This document shows positions 49,613 through 61,419 of a stretch of 64,000 bases of DNA, one piece after another (the first letter of the stretch is position 1; each line of letters starts with the position of its first letter). A model generated the notes under the pieces. It was not told the origin of the DNA and did not search any database. It saw only the letters and a list, made by a program, of their open reading frames with translations. Both the position numbers and the translations under genes were made by a program. Source of the stretch: Desulfurivibrionaceae bacterium (lineage in GTDB: Bacteria > Desulfobacterota > Desulfobulbia > Desulfobulbales > Desulfurivibrionaceae); NCBI GenBank assembly GCA_041671085.1, contig JBAZCG010000003.1, positions 7,641 through 71,640 on the forward strand, given 5' to 3'.

Positions 49613-50146
49613 TTATTCCGCAGGGGCAAGATTGGGAAACCGCTGGCTGATCGCGAGATTCCAGGTCTTGAGCTGGTCTTTGGCTTTTTCAAAAATCTCG
49701 GTTACATCGCCTTCGATGGTCACGGTGGTAATGGTGTCGCCCTGTTTGATGCTGTCGATCACCTCCTGATCCTTGTCGCCGGCGACTTCTCCGAAAACCG
49801 TGTGTTTGCCGTCCAGCCAGGGGCAGGGAACATGGGTGATGAAGAACTGGCTGCCGTTGGTGTTCGGTCCGGCGTTGGCCATGGAGAGGATGCCCGGCTT
49901 GGTGTGCCCGAGGCTTGCGTCGAATTCGTCGGCAAAGTCATAGCCGGGGCCGCTGGTGCCGGTGCCCTTGGGGCAGCCGCCCTGGACCATGAAATCCGGG
50001 ATGACCCGATGGAATTTAAGGCCGTTATAAAAGCCGCGCCGGGCGAGATTGGCAAAGTTCGCCACGGTTAAAGGGGTTTTGTCGGCGAACAGCCGGAGGG
50101 TGATAGTGCCTTTGCTCGTTGTCATTGTGGCGGTCAAGTCGCTCAT
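49613..50146 (-). CDS. Cyclophilin-type peptidyl-prolyl isomerase
   Basis: [31 protein letters not shown] and [10 protein letters not shown]. Confidence 0.96.
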   Translation of the reverse strand: MSDLTATMTTSKGTITLRLFADKTPLTVANFANLARRGFYNGLKFHRVIPDFMVQGGCPKGTGTSGPGYDFADEFDASLGHTKPGILSMANAGPNTNGSQFFITHVPCPWLDGKHTVFGEVAGDKDQEVIDSIKQGDTITTVTIEGDVTEIFEKAKDQLKTWNLAISQRFPNLAPAE

Positions 50147-50223
50147 GATGCTCCTCTTTCGTTACGAAATTCATTAAAAAATACGGAGGCCCAGAGTATT
50201 GGGCCAGTGGTTTTTTCTGTGTT

Positions 50224-51378
<1,155 letters not shown>

Positions 51379-51487
51379 TCAGGGCAAAGATACGCAAGAT
51401 CAATGTGGTTGTCCCTTTTTAAGGGTCAAACATAGTCGAAGAACTTGCGAGCTTCCTCTTTATTTTTTATATTATTAAATCAGATGG

Positions 51488-53140
51488 TTAGGGCCGGGCA
51501 TATAACTGGCATTTATTTTTTCCCATTTTTTTGGCTTGATACATTGCCAGGTCAGCCTTCTTGACTAAATCAGCCGATTCCTCGGCATCTAAAGGATAGA
51601 TTGCAGCACCGATGCTGGCCTTTATTTCCATATCTTTTTCTTGGTGGCAAACAGGGTCAGAAAAAACTTCAAAGATACGGTCTGTAATAAGTTTGATTTC
51701 ATAGGTATCGGTTATTTCACCTAGAGCCATTACAAATTCGTCACCACCGAATCGGCCTACAGAGTCTTCCTCCCTACAGCAGAATTCAAGACGTTTAGCA
51801 ACCTCTTGCAAAAAGATGTCTCCAAAATCATGACCAAGTGAGTCATTAATGATCTTGAAATCATCTAAATCAATGAACAGAACGACTAATAGTTTTTGAT
51901 GACGTTTAGCATTGGATATTTTCTTTTGCAGCTGGTCAAAAAACAATTCTCGATTTGGCAGTTTAGTGAGTATGTCATGATAAGCTTTGTGGGCTAATTG
52001 TTCCTGGTGCTTCAGTAGTTGACTTATATCGTAAAATAGACCGACAAAGTGAGTGGTTTGGTTTTTTGTGTCTTTAATTGAGGAAATAGACAGCCATTCT
52101 TGATAAATTTCACCATTTTTGCGGCGGTTCCATATTTTTCCATGCCACTGCCCGGTAGTGAGCAGGGTTTTCCACATCTCTTTATAATATTTAGTTGGAT
52201 GTTTTCCTGATTTGAGAATCCGAGGATTTCGACCAACTGCCTCACTTTCGGTATAACCAGTGATAGCGGAAAACCCCTTGTTGACACGTTTTATTGTGCC
52301 GGTGGCATCCGTGATGCAGATCCCCTCAATAACATTTTCAAAGACCATGGCGGCAAGTCGAAGTTCCCCCTCATAAGCTTCTCGTTTATGAATTTCTTTC
52401 AATAATTCATCATTGGTCCGGTTGAGCTCTACGGTGCGCGCCTCGACTCGCTTCTCAAGTTCGTTGTGCGTTTTCTGAAGGGCCGCCTCAGCCTCTTGAC
52501 GTTGCGCCATGTGCTGCCGTGCTTTATTTACGGCAATCAAAACAGCTACAAATAAGAATATGGAAACGGGAAAGACCGTTGCCATATATTTTCTGATAAC
52601 GAGGTCAAGTCGTTGCTTACGTTGCGTAATGTTATAATAAATTTCAAATGCACCAAGGATTTTTCCTTCTTTTGTGATAGGCACGTAGATCTCGACAATC
52701 TCAGCCGTCTGAACCTGACCATCCAGGGATGGGGTGTTTTTTTTAACTACCTTGGCAAGAGTTTTCCCTTTGCTAACGACATCAAAAAAATAGTCATGGG
52801 TATTCGTCATGCCGATTTCTTTATGGTCTGTAGAAAAAACTATTTCGCCTTCTTTGGAAAATATCTTGACCTTCATAATCTGGAAGTCTTTGATGACTTC
52901 TTCGATGACTGATTCATAATCGGCCTGTAATGTAATACCGTTGGGTGACGTGCCATTGTTCCTAACAGCGTCCGCTAAGTGTTTGGCGACACGTATTGCG
53001 TCCTCCTCGGTTATGGAGGTCAAAACAGCCTCATAATGGGGGACCATAAAGAAAATGCTTGATATAGGCAGCAGAGACACCGCTACGATAGAAAGAAAAA
53101 AAATGCCTGTTAACAGGTTGAAACGCATAAGGCACACCAA
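51488..53140 (-). CDS. Membrane-bound PAS-GGDEF diguanylate cyclase (AT-rich gene)
   Basis: 2 TM segments, PAS, HDILTKLPNR, DLDDFKIINDSLGH, an RxxD I-site (REED) and RFGGDEF. Confidence 0.92.
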   Translation of the reverse strand: MVCLMRFNLLTGIFFLSIVAVSLLPISSIFFMVPHYEAVLTSITEEDAIRVAKHLADAVRNNGTSPNGITLQADYESVIEEVIKDFQIMKVKIFSKEGEIVFSTDHKEIGMTNTHDYFFDVVSKGKTLAKVVKKNTPSLDGQVQTAEIVEIYVPITKEGKILGAFEIYYNITQRKQRLDLVIRKYMATVFPVSIFLFVAVLIAVNKARQHMAQRQEAEAALQKTHNELEKRVEARTVELNRTNDELLKEIHKREAYEGELRLAAMVFENVIEGICITDATGTIKRVNKGFSAITGYTESEAVGRNPRILKSGKHPTKYYKEMWKTLLTTGQWHGKIWNRRKNGEIYQEWLSISSIKDTKNQTTHFVGLFYDISQLLKHQEQLAHKAYHDILTKLPNRELFFDQLQKKISNAKRHQKLLVVLFIDLDDFKIINDSLGHDFGDIFLQEVAKRLEFCCREEDSVGRFGGDEFVMALGEITDTYEIKLITDRIFEVFSDPVCHQEKDMEIKASIGAAIYPLDAEESADLVKKADLAMYQAKKMGKNKCQLYARP

Positions 53141-53636
53141 ATTGGGAACTAATGTTAGTTTTTAATCATCTTTCAATTATGTATTTCTTCGTGAAAATTT
53201 TATAAAAAATAGTTTTGTCCTCATGAGAATAAGAGCAGAAGTTTACCGCTATGCCCCTCTCGACTAAAGAATCACCAGGGATATCTTTTCATTTTTCACC
53301 ATCACGTCTATAAAGCTGTCACGAATATTAAGAAATGTCAAATTCTGAATTGTTGGAACAAATCGTAAGAGAACACCTGATAGAGGGAATTGGAGCTGTT
53401 TGCTGACCATTTAAAATCACTCAAGTCCAATCAGCAGGTGTATTTTCCGTGATTTTCAGGGGGTGGTGAAGGAGTGTTTTGCCCTTGACATTGGCGGGCT
53501 GTTTGTATGCAATATAACTATTGAGGAAGGCATGCGCCTCACCCCGAACTCTGCCGAAATTTTTCAGCAACCGCTCCTGGGATAATTTTGGAGGTGCGGG
53601 CCGACGGCCCCGTTATTAACTTGTTAAGATACAATC

Positions 53637-56600
53637 ATGGCAGAAATGCAGAAAAATAGAGAAAGTATCACCTTGCCGTTGGTTTTCCCTCTGGCCCTCG
53701 CCCTTATTCTCAGCCTTAGCGCTTCGCTGTACGGGATGCGGTGGGTGCAGCAGCAGAACACCAATCAGTGTCTGCACAATGACGTGCTTCGTGGGCAGCA
53801 GCAATTGAGCTCCCTGTTGGAGAGGGAAGCAAAGCAGTTGCAGGGGCAAATCGAAACCCTCCAGACAGATTCGGCCTTGCAGGACGCCTTTCTGGCCAGG
53901 GACAGTTCCCGGCTCCAGGCGGCACTTGCCCGACTTGCTCCCACGGTGGCAGGTGCTTCCGGTACGGGGCGGTTGTTTTTTATGGATGCGGAGAGGAGGC
54001 TTGTTTTTGCTGCGAACCATCCAGAAGCCTCGGGCGAGGTGTTGGAACACCAAACACTCCGGCAGGCCTCAAGCTCGCATAAGATGGCCCATGGTTTGGA
54101 ACTCGACGGGGATGGTCGGATTCTCCTGCGGGTTGTGGTTCCCTGGGGCATGGTCAGCGGTGGCGCGGGCTATGTGGAATTGAATGAGGATATTGGTCTT
54201 TGGGGCCCCTGGCTGAAAGCGATCCTCGGATACGAGATATTCTTCACCGCGCGAAAGGCCGGGATTGACCAGAAACAGTGGGAGGCTGAGGCTGCTACAG
54301 GCCGCAGGACCGGACGCTGGCAGGAGCTGGCTCAATGTGTGGTCTTGGCCCAGACCATGCCATCTGTGCCAAGGAAATTATGCGCGGCTCTCATGGCCGA
54401 GACTAGCCAGGGGGGCATCCGAACCTTTAATTTTACGGAAGGGAAAAGGTATTTTCGGGGCGGCATTATCGACCTTCTCGATCCGGCGCAGCAGAACCTC
54501 GGCGCTCTGGTGCTACTGCAGGACGTTACCCCTGAGGTGGTTTCCCTCTGGGCCATGGCCTTCTACCTTTGGGGAGTTGGTCTTGCTGTCGCGATTTTGC
54601 TTTTTCTCTTTTTTTATTGGTATATTGTCAGGCTGGACCGCAGGCTGGCCGTGAAGCAGACACATCTCCAGGAGACCATTGCCGGCAAGGATGTCGCCCT
54701 GTTCCAGGCCTCGACTCAGCTTCGACAGGACATTGCCCGGCGCGAAGAGGTGGAGCGCGAGTTTCAGCGGGCCAGCCGTCAGAATCAGTTGATCCTCGAT
54801 GCCGTGGGCGAGGGGATTTTTGGTCTGGATTCCCAAGGCAATCATACCTTTGTCAACCCACAGGCCGCGAGGATGCTGGGCTATGAACCCGAAGAGCTTG
54901 TCGGCCAGCCAAGTCATTCCCTGTGGCACCATAGCCACCAGGACGGCGCCCATTTCCCGGATGTCGAGTGCCCGATTTATTCGACCCTGTCCGATGGCAA
55001 GATCCATCACCTCGAAGACGATTTTTTCTGGCGTAAGGACGGCACGGGCTTTCCCGTAGAGTACACCAGTACCCCAATCCTGGAAGAGGGGCGGCTGGTC
55101 GGGGCTGTGGTCAGCTTCAAGGATATCTCCGACAAGAAAAAGACCCTGCGCGATTTCGTTGTCAGTGAAAATCGCTACCGGGTCATTGCCAGTACTGCCC
55201 AGGACGCCATTGTCCTCATGGATAACCATGGCCGAGTTGCCTACTGGAATCCGGCTGCCGAGCGGATCTTCGGCTATACCGAGGGCGAGGCCTTGGGTTG
55301 CGATCTCCATGAGCTGATCCTGCCGACCCGGTTTGCCACCGCCATGAAAAATGGGCTGGCGCGGTTTTTTGCCAGCGGCGAGGGCAAGGCCATCGGTCAA
55401 ATTCTGGAGATGACCGCCCAGCGCAAAGATGGCAAAGAGTTTCCGGTGGAGCTCGCTGTTTCCGCCCTGCTTCAGGAAGAGGGCTGGTGGGCCGTGGGCA
55501 TTGTCCGCGACATCTCGGAACGGGTGCGGGAAAGAACGGAGCGGGAGGATTTGCAGGCCCAGCTCCGCCACTCCCAAAAGATGGAGGCCATCGGTACCCT
55601 GGCCGGTGGGATTGCCCACGATTTCAACAATATCCTGGCCGCCATCATGGGCTATACGGAGCTGGCCCTGCTTGAGGTTGGGGAAGGAAGTCTTCGGGAT
55701 ACCCTCACCGAGGTGCGCAGGGCCAGCGGCAGGGCAAAGGATTTGGTCGCCCACATCCTTGCTTTCAGCAGACAGGGAGAAATGGTCAAGGCTCCGGTCA
55801 ATGTAGTGTCCATCATCAAGGAGACCCTCAAGATGCTGCGGGCTTCCCTGCCGACCACCATTGAGCTCAGGCAAACCATGGGGCAGGATATTGGCAAGAT
55901 TTTGGCCGATCCCACCCAGATTCATCAGGTGCTCATGAATCTCTGCACCAATGCGGCCCATGCCATGCGGGAAACTGGAGGCCTGCTTGAGGTCGGTATC
56001 GCCCAGGTGCGTTTACAGGATGAGCCGGTCCTGCGCGCCTTTGCCCTTGAGTCCGGCAGCTATCTGAAGATCACGGTGCGCGACACCGGGCAAGGTATTG
56101 CCCCGACCATCCTTGATAAAATTTTTGATCCGTTTTCCACCACCAAGAATCAGGGCGAAGGCACTGGCCTGGGCCTGTCGGTGGTCCACGGTATCGTCAC
56201 CAGCCATGGCGGGGGCATTGAGGTGCAGAGCACGCCGGGGCAGGGAACCTGCTTTACCCTTTATTTCCCAGTGCTGGAAAGTGTTTCGGAAACCGTTTCG
56301 GCTGCGGTGGCCGATGCCCCGCCTACCGGCACGGAACGGGTGCTGCTGGTTGATGACGAGGTCGCCCTCATCGAGCTGGGTGAGAGGATTCTTGTTTATC
56401 TTGGCTACCAGGTGACCACCAGGACCAGCAGCATAGAGGCGCTGGAGCTTTTCCGCAGTCAGCCGGACAATTTTGATCTGGTTGTCACTGATTACACCAT
56501 GCCCAACATGACCGGCGGCGAACTGGCCAAGCATATTCTTGCCTTACGGCCAGGTATGCCGATTGTTCTCTGTACGGGTTTCAGTGAGATATTTACCGAG

Positions 56601-56705
56601 GAGAAGGCCCTGGCCTTGGGGATTCAGGGCTATGTTATGAAGCCCATTTCCATCCATGATCTTGCTAGCATCTGCCGAAAAGTTCTGAATCAGGCCGGTA
56701 AATAA
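53637..56705 (+). CDS. Hybrid sensor kinase (periplasmic Cache-like, 2 PAS, HisKA, HATPase, REC)
   Basis: QKMEAIGTLAGGIAHDFNN, NLCTNA, DTGQG, GTGLGL and REC motifs LVDDE..TDYTMP..KP. Confidence 0.93.
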   Translation: MAEMQKNRESITLPLVFPLALALILSLSASLYGMRWVQQQNTNQCLHNDVLRGQQQLSSLLEREAKQLQGQIETLQTDSALQDAFLARDSSRLQAALARLAPTVAGASGTGRLFFMDAERRLVFAANHPEASGEVLEHQTLRQASSSHKMAHGLELDGDGRILLRVVVPWGMVSGGAGYVELNEDIGLWGPWLKAILGYEIFFTARKAGIDQKQWEAEAATGRRTGRWQELAQCVVLAQTMPSVPRKLCAALMAETSQGGIRTFNFTEGKRYFRGGIIDLLDPAQQNLGALVLLQDVTPEVVSLWAMAFYLWGVGLAVAILLFLFFYWYIVRLDRRLAVKQTHLQETIAGKDVALFQASTQLRQDIARREEVEREFQRASRQNQLILDAVGEGIFGLDSQGNHTFVNPQAARMLGYEPEELVGQPSHSLWHHSHQDGAHFPDVECPIYSTLSDGKIHHLEDDFFWRKDGTGFPVEYTSTPILEEGRLVGAVVSFKDISDKKKTLRDFVVSENRYRVIASTAQDAIVLMDNHGRVAYWNPAAERIFGYTEGEALGCDLHELILPTRFATAMKNGLARFFASGEGKAIGQILEMTAQRKDGKEFPVELAVSALLQEEGWWAVGIVRDISERVRERTEREDLQAQLRHSQKMEAIGTLAGGIAHDFNNILAAIMGYTELALLEVGEGSLRDTLTEVRRASGRAKDLVAHILAFSRQGEMVKAPVNVVSIIKETLKMLRASLPTTIELRQTMGQDIGKILADPTQIHQVLMNLCTNAAHAMRETGGLLEVGIAQVRLQDEPVLRAFALESGSYLKITVRDTGQGIAPTILDKIFDPFSTTKNQGEGTGLGLSVVHGIVTSHGGGIEVQSTPGQGTCFTLYFPVLESVSETVSAAVADAPPTGTERVLLVDDEVALIELGERILVYLGYQVTTRTSSIEALELFRSQPDNFDLVVTDYTMPNMTGGELAKHILALRPGMPIVLCTGFSEIFTEEKALALGIQGYVMKPISIHDLASICRKVLNQAGK

Positions 56706-56736
56706 GCGCCTGATTCAGTTCCTTTCTGTTGGCTGG

Positions 56737-57780
56737 TTACTGAAGGATTTCATAGCTGCGTGTCTCAGGATTCCACCGGTAGCCCTTGGCTGCCCAGATT
56801 TCCTCAATCAGCTTCTTGCCGAAATGCAGGCCGTCAATCCCCCCGTATGTTTCGTTGACGAACAGCAGTTCCTCATCGTCTATCCGGCCATCGCTGTTAC
56901 TGTCCGCCCAATGGAATGGACTTGCTTGCAGGGAGTCGTTTCCGGATAATGGGATGCTGGGGTTGTCGTCCGAGCGGACCGTGACCGCCCCGATGAATTG
57001 ATGGATGGTGTCCAGCTTCGTCTCGGGTTTAAGCTTGGCGAGGTAGCTGTACACCGCATGCTCGCCGGTGATCTTGCCAATCCACTTGAGCACCGGAGGG
57101 TCGGTTTCCTGGTTGGTAAACTGCGGCTTGCCTTGGGCCGGGATGCAGTTCGGGGGCAGGGTTTCCTTGAGGATCAGGGAAAACGGGCGGGAGGCGTTGG
57201 TTGTTACTTCAATGACCACCGGGAAAGGGATGCCGGGGGTTACATGCGTGGGCAGGGTTCTGAAGGCCGTCACTTGGCCTTCGCCATCGTTGCCGGTATA
57301 CCAACGGATTAGGACCAAGCCGACAAGGGCGAGCAGCAGGAAGGCGCCGAGCAGGACAACGACAGGCCGTGATTTATGGCGGGGCTTGGGTGGTGCGGTT
57401 TGCGGCGTGGCTGGTTCAGCTGCAGATGCAGCTTCCGGCCTGGCTGGCTCTGCGGCCGTTTCTGGCGGCGGTGCTGGCGTTTCTTGCTCGGGCGGCGCAC
57501 AGGCCTGTAGGGACGGCGGCTCTATGGGGGGTGCGGGTTGGCCGTGATCAATAATATCCGCCATCTGGGCCTCCAGGGCCTCGGCGAGCTTGATGGCGTT
57601 CTCTTTCTTGATGGTGGGATAGCGGCGGTTTTCCCAGCGGGAAATGGTGTCGGTGGTGACCCCGACCACCGTGGCGACATAGAGCTGGGTCAGGCCTTTT
57701 TCTTCCCTGATCCGGCGAATCTTGGCCCCGTCTATGTTGACCATGGGGATGCCGCCAGCCAGAGTCTTTTCTGAATCCAT
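56737..57780 (-). CDS. Membrane-anchored XRE-HTH protein with an extracytoplasmic domain
   Basis: IRRIREEKGLTQ..TISRWEN (XRE), a Pro/Ala linker, one TM, a beta-rich domain and an EF-hand-like DSNSDGRIDDEE. Confidence 0.75.
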   Translation of the reverse strand: MDSEKTLAGGIPMVNIDGAKIRRIREEKGLTQLYVATVVGVTTDTISRWENRRYPTIKKENAIKLAEALEAQMADIIDHGQPAPPIEPPSLQACAPPEQETPAPPPETAAEPARPEAASAAEPATPQTAPPKPRHKSRPVVVLLGAFLLLALVGLVLIRWYTGNDGEGQVTAFRTLPTHVTPGIPFPVVIEVTTNASRPFSLILKETLPPNCIPAQGKPQFTNQETDPPVLKWIGKITGEHAVYSYLAKLKPETKLDTIHQFIGAVTVRSDDNPSIPLSGNDSLQASPFHWADSNSDGRIDDEELLFVNETYGGIDGLHFGKKLIEEIWAAKGYRWNPETRSYEILQ

Positions 57781-57957
57781 ACCGGAAGTCCTACTGATTT
57801 GAGTTTCTGGTGTTACGCGTGAAGCGGCATACTACCAAATCCTGTCGGGAAGCAAAAGTCCCTTGTGGTGTGGCGGGAATATGGCGGGAGACCCCGAGCG
57901 GGTGAGGGCAGCCTCGGAATTACTGCCGGGGCAGGGTGTTTCTGCATTGTGAGGGGA

Positions 57958-58461
57958 TCATTTTTGTTTTCGTTTCAGCTGCTCAAGCTCGGAACGCACC
58001 TTGAGCAGCTCCTCGTTTGAGGTGCGCAGGCGCTGGGCGATGACTTCGGTGAACAGTCGATACAGGGCAGAGACAAAAAGCGCCTGGTCCAGGGGTTCGG
58101 CGGCCTCACTCATGAAGGAGGCATCAATGGCCAGGCAGACCGTGGCGCCGATGGCCTCCACCGAGGCGGATCTGGCCTTGCCGTCGATGGCGGCAAGCTC
58201 ACCGAAGGTGCCGCCGATCTCTTCGATTCTGGCGAGCTCCTTGCCGTTTTTTACAATCCGCACCGCTCCGGAAAAAAGGATGTAGACCCAGTTGTCATAA
58301 GCCCCTTCCGGGGTGATTATTTCGCCGTGCTCAAAGGTTCGGATCTTGCTGAGGCGCAGGATATGTTTGATGTATTTTTCGCTCAGCGAGCCAAGGAAAG
58401 GGAGCTGGTGCAGCTTATTCACCAGAAAGCCTTGGCCTTCCAGATATGGTGATTCTTGCAT
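57958..58461 (-). CDS. Stand-alone cNMP-binding domain protein
   Basis: LPFL.SLS, GEII..EG, SGAVRI and GTFGELAAIDGKARSASV. Real start is probably MQESPY; the upstream ORF extension is antisense to the radical SAM gene. Confidence 0.85.
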   Translation of the reverse strand: MQESPYLEGQGFLVNKLHQLPFLGSLSEKYIKHILRLSKIRTFEHGEIITPEGAYDNWVYILFSGAVRIVKNGKELARIEEIGGTFGELAAIDGKARSASVEAIGATVCLAIDASFMSEAAEPLDQALFVSALYRLFTEVIAQRLRTSNEELLKVRSELEQLKRKQK

Positions 58462-58605
58462 GGGGGAAGTCTCCGGTGTGTATCCTGGGTAGGAGGAAGG
58501 CAAAACCCGTTTGCCCCCCAGTGTCTTCTTTATATCATAACGGAATTGGATTATAAACAGGAGGTATCCCGAGGCTTTGATTTTTCGGGAAGAGGAGAAC
58601 AAACC

Positions 58606-60489
58606 TTGGCCCACGAAAAAACAGGACAGTTTCTCCCGGCCTCCGGGGCGGAGATGGCAGCACGCGGCTGGAAATATGTTGATGTGGTGCTGGTCACCGG
58701 GGATGCCTATGTGGATCATCCCTCCTTTGGCGTGGCCCTGATCGGCCGACTGCTTGAGGCCAACGGCTACCGGGTGGCTATACTCTCCCAGCCCCGCCAT
58801 CATGCACCTGATGATTTTCGGCAGTTCGGTGAGCCGCGCCTTTTTTTTGGTATCACCGCAGGCAACCTGGATTCCATCGTGGCCAATTATAGCGGTAATG
58901 CCAAGGTCCGCGACCGCGACGACTATTCCCCCGGCGGCAATCCCTATTTCGGTGATCAGGCGGAAAAAAAGCTGCGGCGGCGACCGGACCGGGCCACCAT
59001 CCTCTACAGTAATCTCGCGCACGCCGCCTACCCGGCGATCCCGGTGGTTCTGGGTGGGCTGGAAGCATCCTTGCGCCGGTTCGTGCATTATGATTACCAG
59101 CAGCAGCGGCTTCGGGGTTCGGTTTTAACCGATGCCAAGGGTGATCTGTTGATCTATGGCATGGGGGAGCGGGCGGTGTTGGAGGTGGCTTCCCGGCTTG
59201 CCAATGGGCAGGATCTGTCTGGTATTCCCGGCACCTGCGAACGGTTGACGGAAAAGGAGCTGGAGGCGCGTGGGATTTTTGCGCCTCTGCTTCTCCCTTC
59301 CTGGGCGGAGATTCAGGCGGAGCTTCCCCTGTTCCTTGAGGCCGAACTCACCGTGGACCGTCAGGCCAGGGCCTATGCCAGCGAACCCCTGTTGCAGTAC
59401 CAGCAGGCAGCCTGGGTTGTGCAGCACCAGCCCGCCGCGCCGCTGGACACGGCAGAACTTGATGGACTGTACAGCCTGCCTTTTACCCGTAAACCCCACC
59501 CAACTTGCGGCGATGTTCCGGCCTGTCGGATGATCCGGGATTCGATCACCATTGTTCGCGGGTGTTGCGGCAATTGCTCCTTTTGTGCCATCTCCAGGCA
59601 CCAGGGGCCAAAGATCATCAGCCGGAGTCGCGATTCCGTGGTTCAGGAGGCGAAGCGTCTTGCCGGGCAGAAGGATTTTTCCGGCACCATCAGCGATCTG
59701 GGCGGCCCCACCGCCAACCTGTATGGCACCGGATGCACCAGCCCGCAGCCCTGCAAACGCCACGATTGCCTGTACCCAAAGGTGTGCAAATTTTTCAAGA
59801 TCGACGAGCAGGCCATGCTCGGCCTGCTTACGGCAGTGGCGGATTGCGAGGGGATCAAACATCTTTTTGTCTCCTCCGGGCTACGGATGGAGCTGCTGCT
59901 CAAAACCCCGCGGCTATTGCGCAAGCTGTTGCTGGAGCATACCCCCGGAGCAATGAAGATCGCGCCGGAACATACCGAGGACAAGGTGCTGCGGCTCATG
60001 CATAAGCCAGGGGTGGCGGTGCTGGAGGAATTTCTTGCCCTGTGCCGGGAGATCGGCGCAAAGGCGGGGAAAAATTTTCATTTCACCCCCTATCTGATTG
60101 CCTCCCATCCCGGCTGCACCATCGTCGACACGGAGAAGATGGCTGCACGCCTCGGTACTCTCGGTCTTGCGGTTCGGCAGTTTCAGGATTTTACCCCCAC
60201 CCCGGGAACGATCTCCACGGCCATGTATGTCACGGGCCTGGATTGCGAGAAACGGACGCCGCTGCCTGTGGCCAAAAAGGACAGCGAACGCCGTGCCCAG
60301 CGTCAGGCTTTGGATATCAGGGCTTCCGGCCAGCAAGCGTCGGCGCGCAAGGGCAAGGCTCCAAGTGCGGGCGGCGGGCAGAAAGGCGCTTGTCGAACGC
60401 GATCAGAGAAGCCGGGCGAGCATCGGCAGGGTAACAAAGGAAAGCACGATGCCAAGGCCAATCAGGGCCGCGGTAAGCCTCGGAGATAA
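58606..60489 (+). CDS. YgiQ-family radical SAM protein
   Basis: VTGDAYVDHPSFG, GNLDS, EASLRR, RGCCGNCSFC (CxxxCxxC), DLGGPTAN and FTPTP. TTG start after an AGAGGAG RBS. Confidence 0.92.
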   Translation: MAHEKTGQFLPASGAEMAARGWKYVDVVLVTGDAYVDHPSFGVALIGRLLEANGYRVAILSQPRHHAPDDFRQFGEPRLFFGITAGNLDSIVANYSGNAKVRDRDDYSPGGNPYFGDQAEKKLRRRPDRATILYSNLAHAAYPAIPVVLGGLEASLRRFVHYDYQQQRLRGSVLTDAKGDLLIYGMGERAVLEVASRLANGQDLSGIPGTCERLTEKELEARGIFAPLLLPSWAEIQAELPLFLEAELTVDRQARAYASEPLLQYQQAAWVVQHQPAAPLDTAELDGLYSLPFTRKPHPTCGDVPACRMIRDSITIVRGCCGNCSFCAISRHQGPKIISRSRDSVVQEAKRLAGQKDFSGTISDLGGPTANLYGTGCTSPQPCKRHDCLYPKVCKFFKIDEQAMLGLLTAVADCEGIKHLFVSSGLRMELLLKTPRLLRKLLLEHTPGAMKIAPEHTEDKVLRLMHKPGVAVLEEFLALCREIGAKAGKNFHFTPYLIASHPGCTIVDTEKMAARLGTLGLAVRQFQDFTPTPGTISTAMYVTGLDCEKRTPLPVAKKDSERRAQRQALDIRASGQQASARKGKAPSAGGGQKGACRTRSEKPGEHRQGNKGKHDAKANQGRGKPRR

Positions 60490-61299
60490 CCCGGCCATGA
60501 TGGCCAGGGCACCTGCGGAAACCATGGGCGGCATTCCGGCCTCAAATATGGCTACTTGGGCGGCAAGGGAGCCGAGACCAAGGAGGCGGCAGCAAAGCAG
60601 GGCGATGAGCGGGGCCACGGCCAGCTTGATAATGAGGCCTGCGCCCAAAGGCTTTAAGATTTCCGGGCTGAGGCGCAGGCTGAGCTGAAAACCAACCGCC
60701 ACCATGACCACCGGGACAAGGGTTGCAGCCAGGGCATTGAGTAAGGCCAGCAACGGCGCGGGAAAGGTCAGGGATCGGCAGGCAAGGGCCAGAATCAGCG
60801 CGATGAAGGGCGGGAAACTGACAACCCGGGTAAGCACCGAGGTCATGGTCGGCTTGCCTCCGCTGCCGTAGAGAGCAAGCACGACGGCCCCATAGGTGGC
60901 CAGGGCCAGGAACGAACCCAGCTGGTCGTAAAGCACAGCGTAGGGGATGCCGCTCTCCCCGAAAAAAGCTTGAACCATGGGGATGCCGAAAAATGAAGTG
61001 TTGCCTAGGGGAATCAAGAGCAGCAGGACACCGATGATCTCTTGCTGCCAGCCAAGGAGCTTGCCCAGGATAATGATCATCAGGGCGGAAACCGCGAGCA
61101 TGGCCCAGGCCATGATGACCGGCACAAGGATGTCCGCAGAAAAATGCAGATGCGGAACCTTGAGCAAGACCAAAGCCGGGAGGGAAAGGTATATGGCAAA
61201 CAGGTTGAGCACCTGCCCGGTTTCCTTGGGGAAATGGGGCAGACGACGTAAGCCCATGCCCAGGAGGAGAAAGGAGATGGTGAGGATGAAGTTTTCCAT
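60403..61299 (-). CDS. AEC (auxin efflux carrier) family transporter
   Basis: LSLPAL, GNTSFFGIP, FPPFIA, IKL, EAGMPP and about 10 TM segments. Confidence 0.9.
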   Translation of the reverse strand: MENFILTISFLLLGMGLRRLPHFPKETGQVLNLFAIYLSLPALVLLKVPHLHFSADILVPVIMAWAMLAVSALMIIILGKLLGWQQEIIGVLLLLIPLGNTSFFGIPMVQAFFGESGIPYAVLYDQLGSFLALATYGAVVLALYGSGGKPTMTSVLTRVVSFPPFIALILALACRSLTFPAPLLALLNALAATLVPVVMVAVGFQLSLRLSPEILKPLGAGLIIKLAVAPLIALLCCRLLGLGSLAAQVAIFEAGMPPMVSAGALAIMAGLSPRLTAALIGLGIVLSFVTLPMLARLL

Positions 61300-61419
61300 T
61301 TTTTCCTGCGAAGATATTTTTTGCGCCGTTGCCAGAGGTTCGTGACAATGAGTTGTGGGCCCTGATTTTTTAATATTCGACAGTAACCATATTTTGAAAA
61401 TTGGCCGGTGTCAATTCCC

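Noticed and set aside
51488..52000. GGDEF as a Hypr-type cGAMP synthase
   Set aside because: It keeps Asp in GHDFGD, whereas Hypr enzymes have Ser/Thr there. It looks like a canonical c-di-GMP synthase.
53141..53636. Possible c-di-GMP riboswitch in the DGC/kinase intergenic region
   Set aside because: No GEMM-I or GEMM-II consensus was recognised on either strand by eye. An Infernal/Rfam search would be needed to exclude it fully.
57781..57957. GC-rich intergenic stretch as SRP RNA or another ncRNA
   Set aside because: It lacks the SRP domain IV CAGG..GNRA..AGCAG signature and fits a promoter region for the XRE gene.
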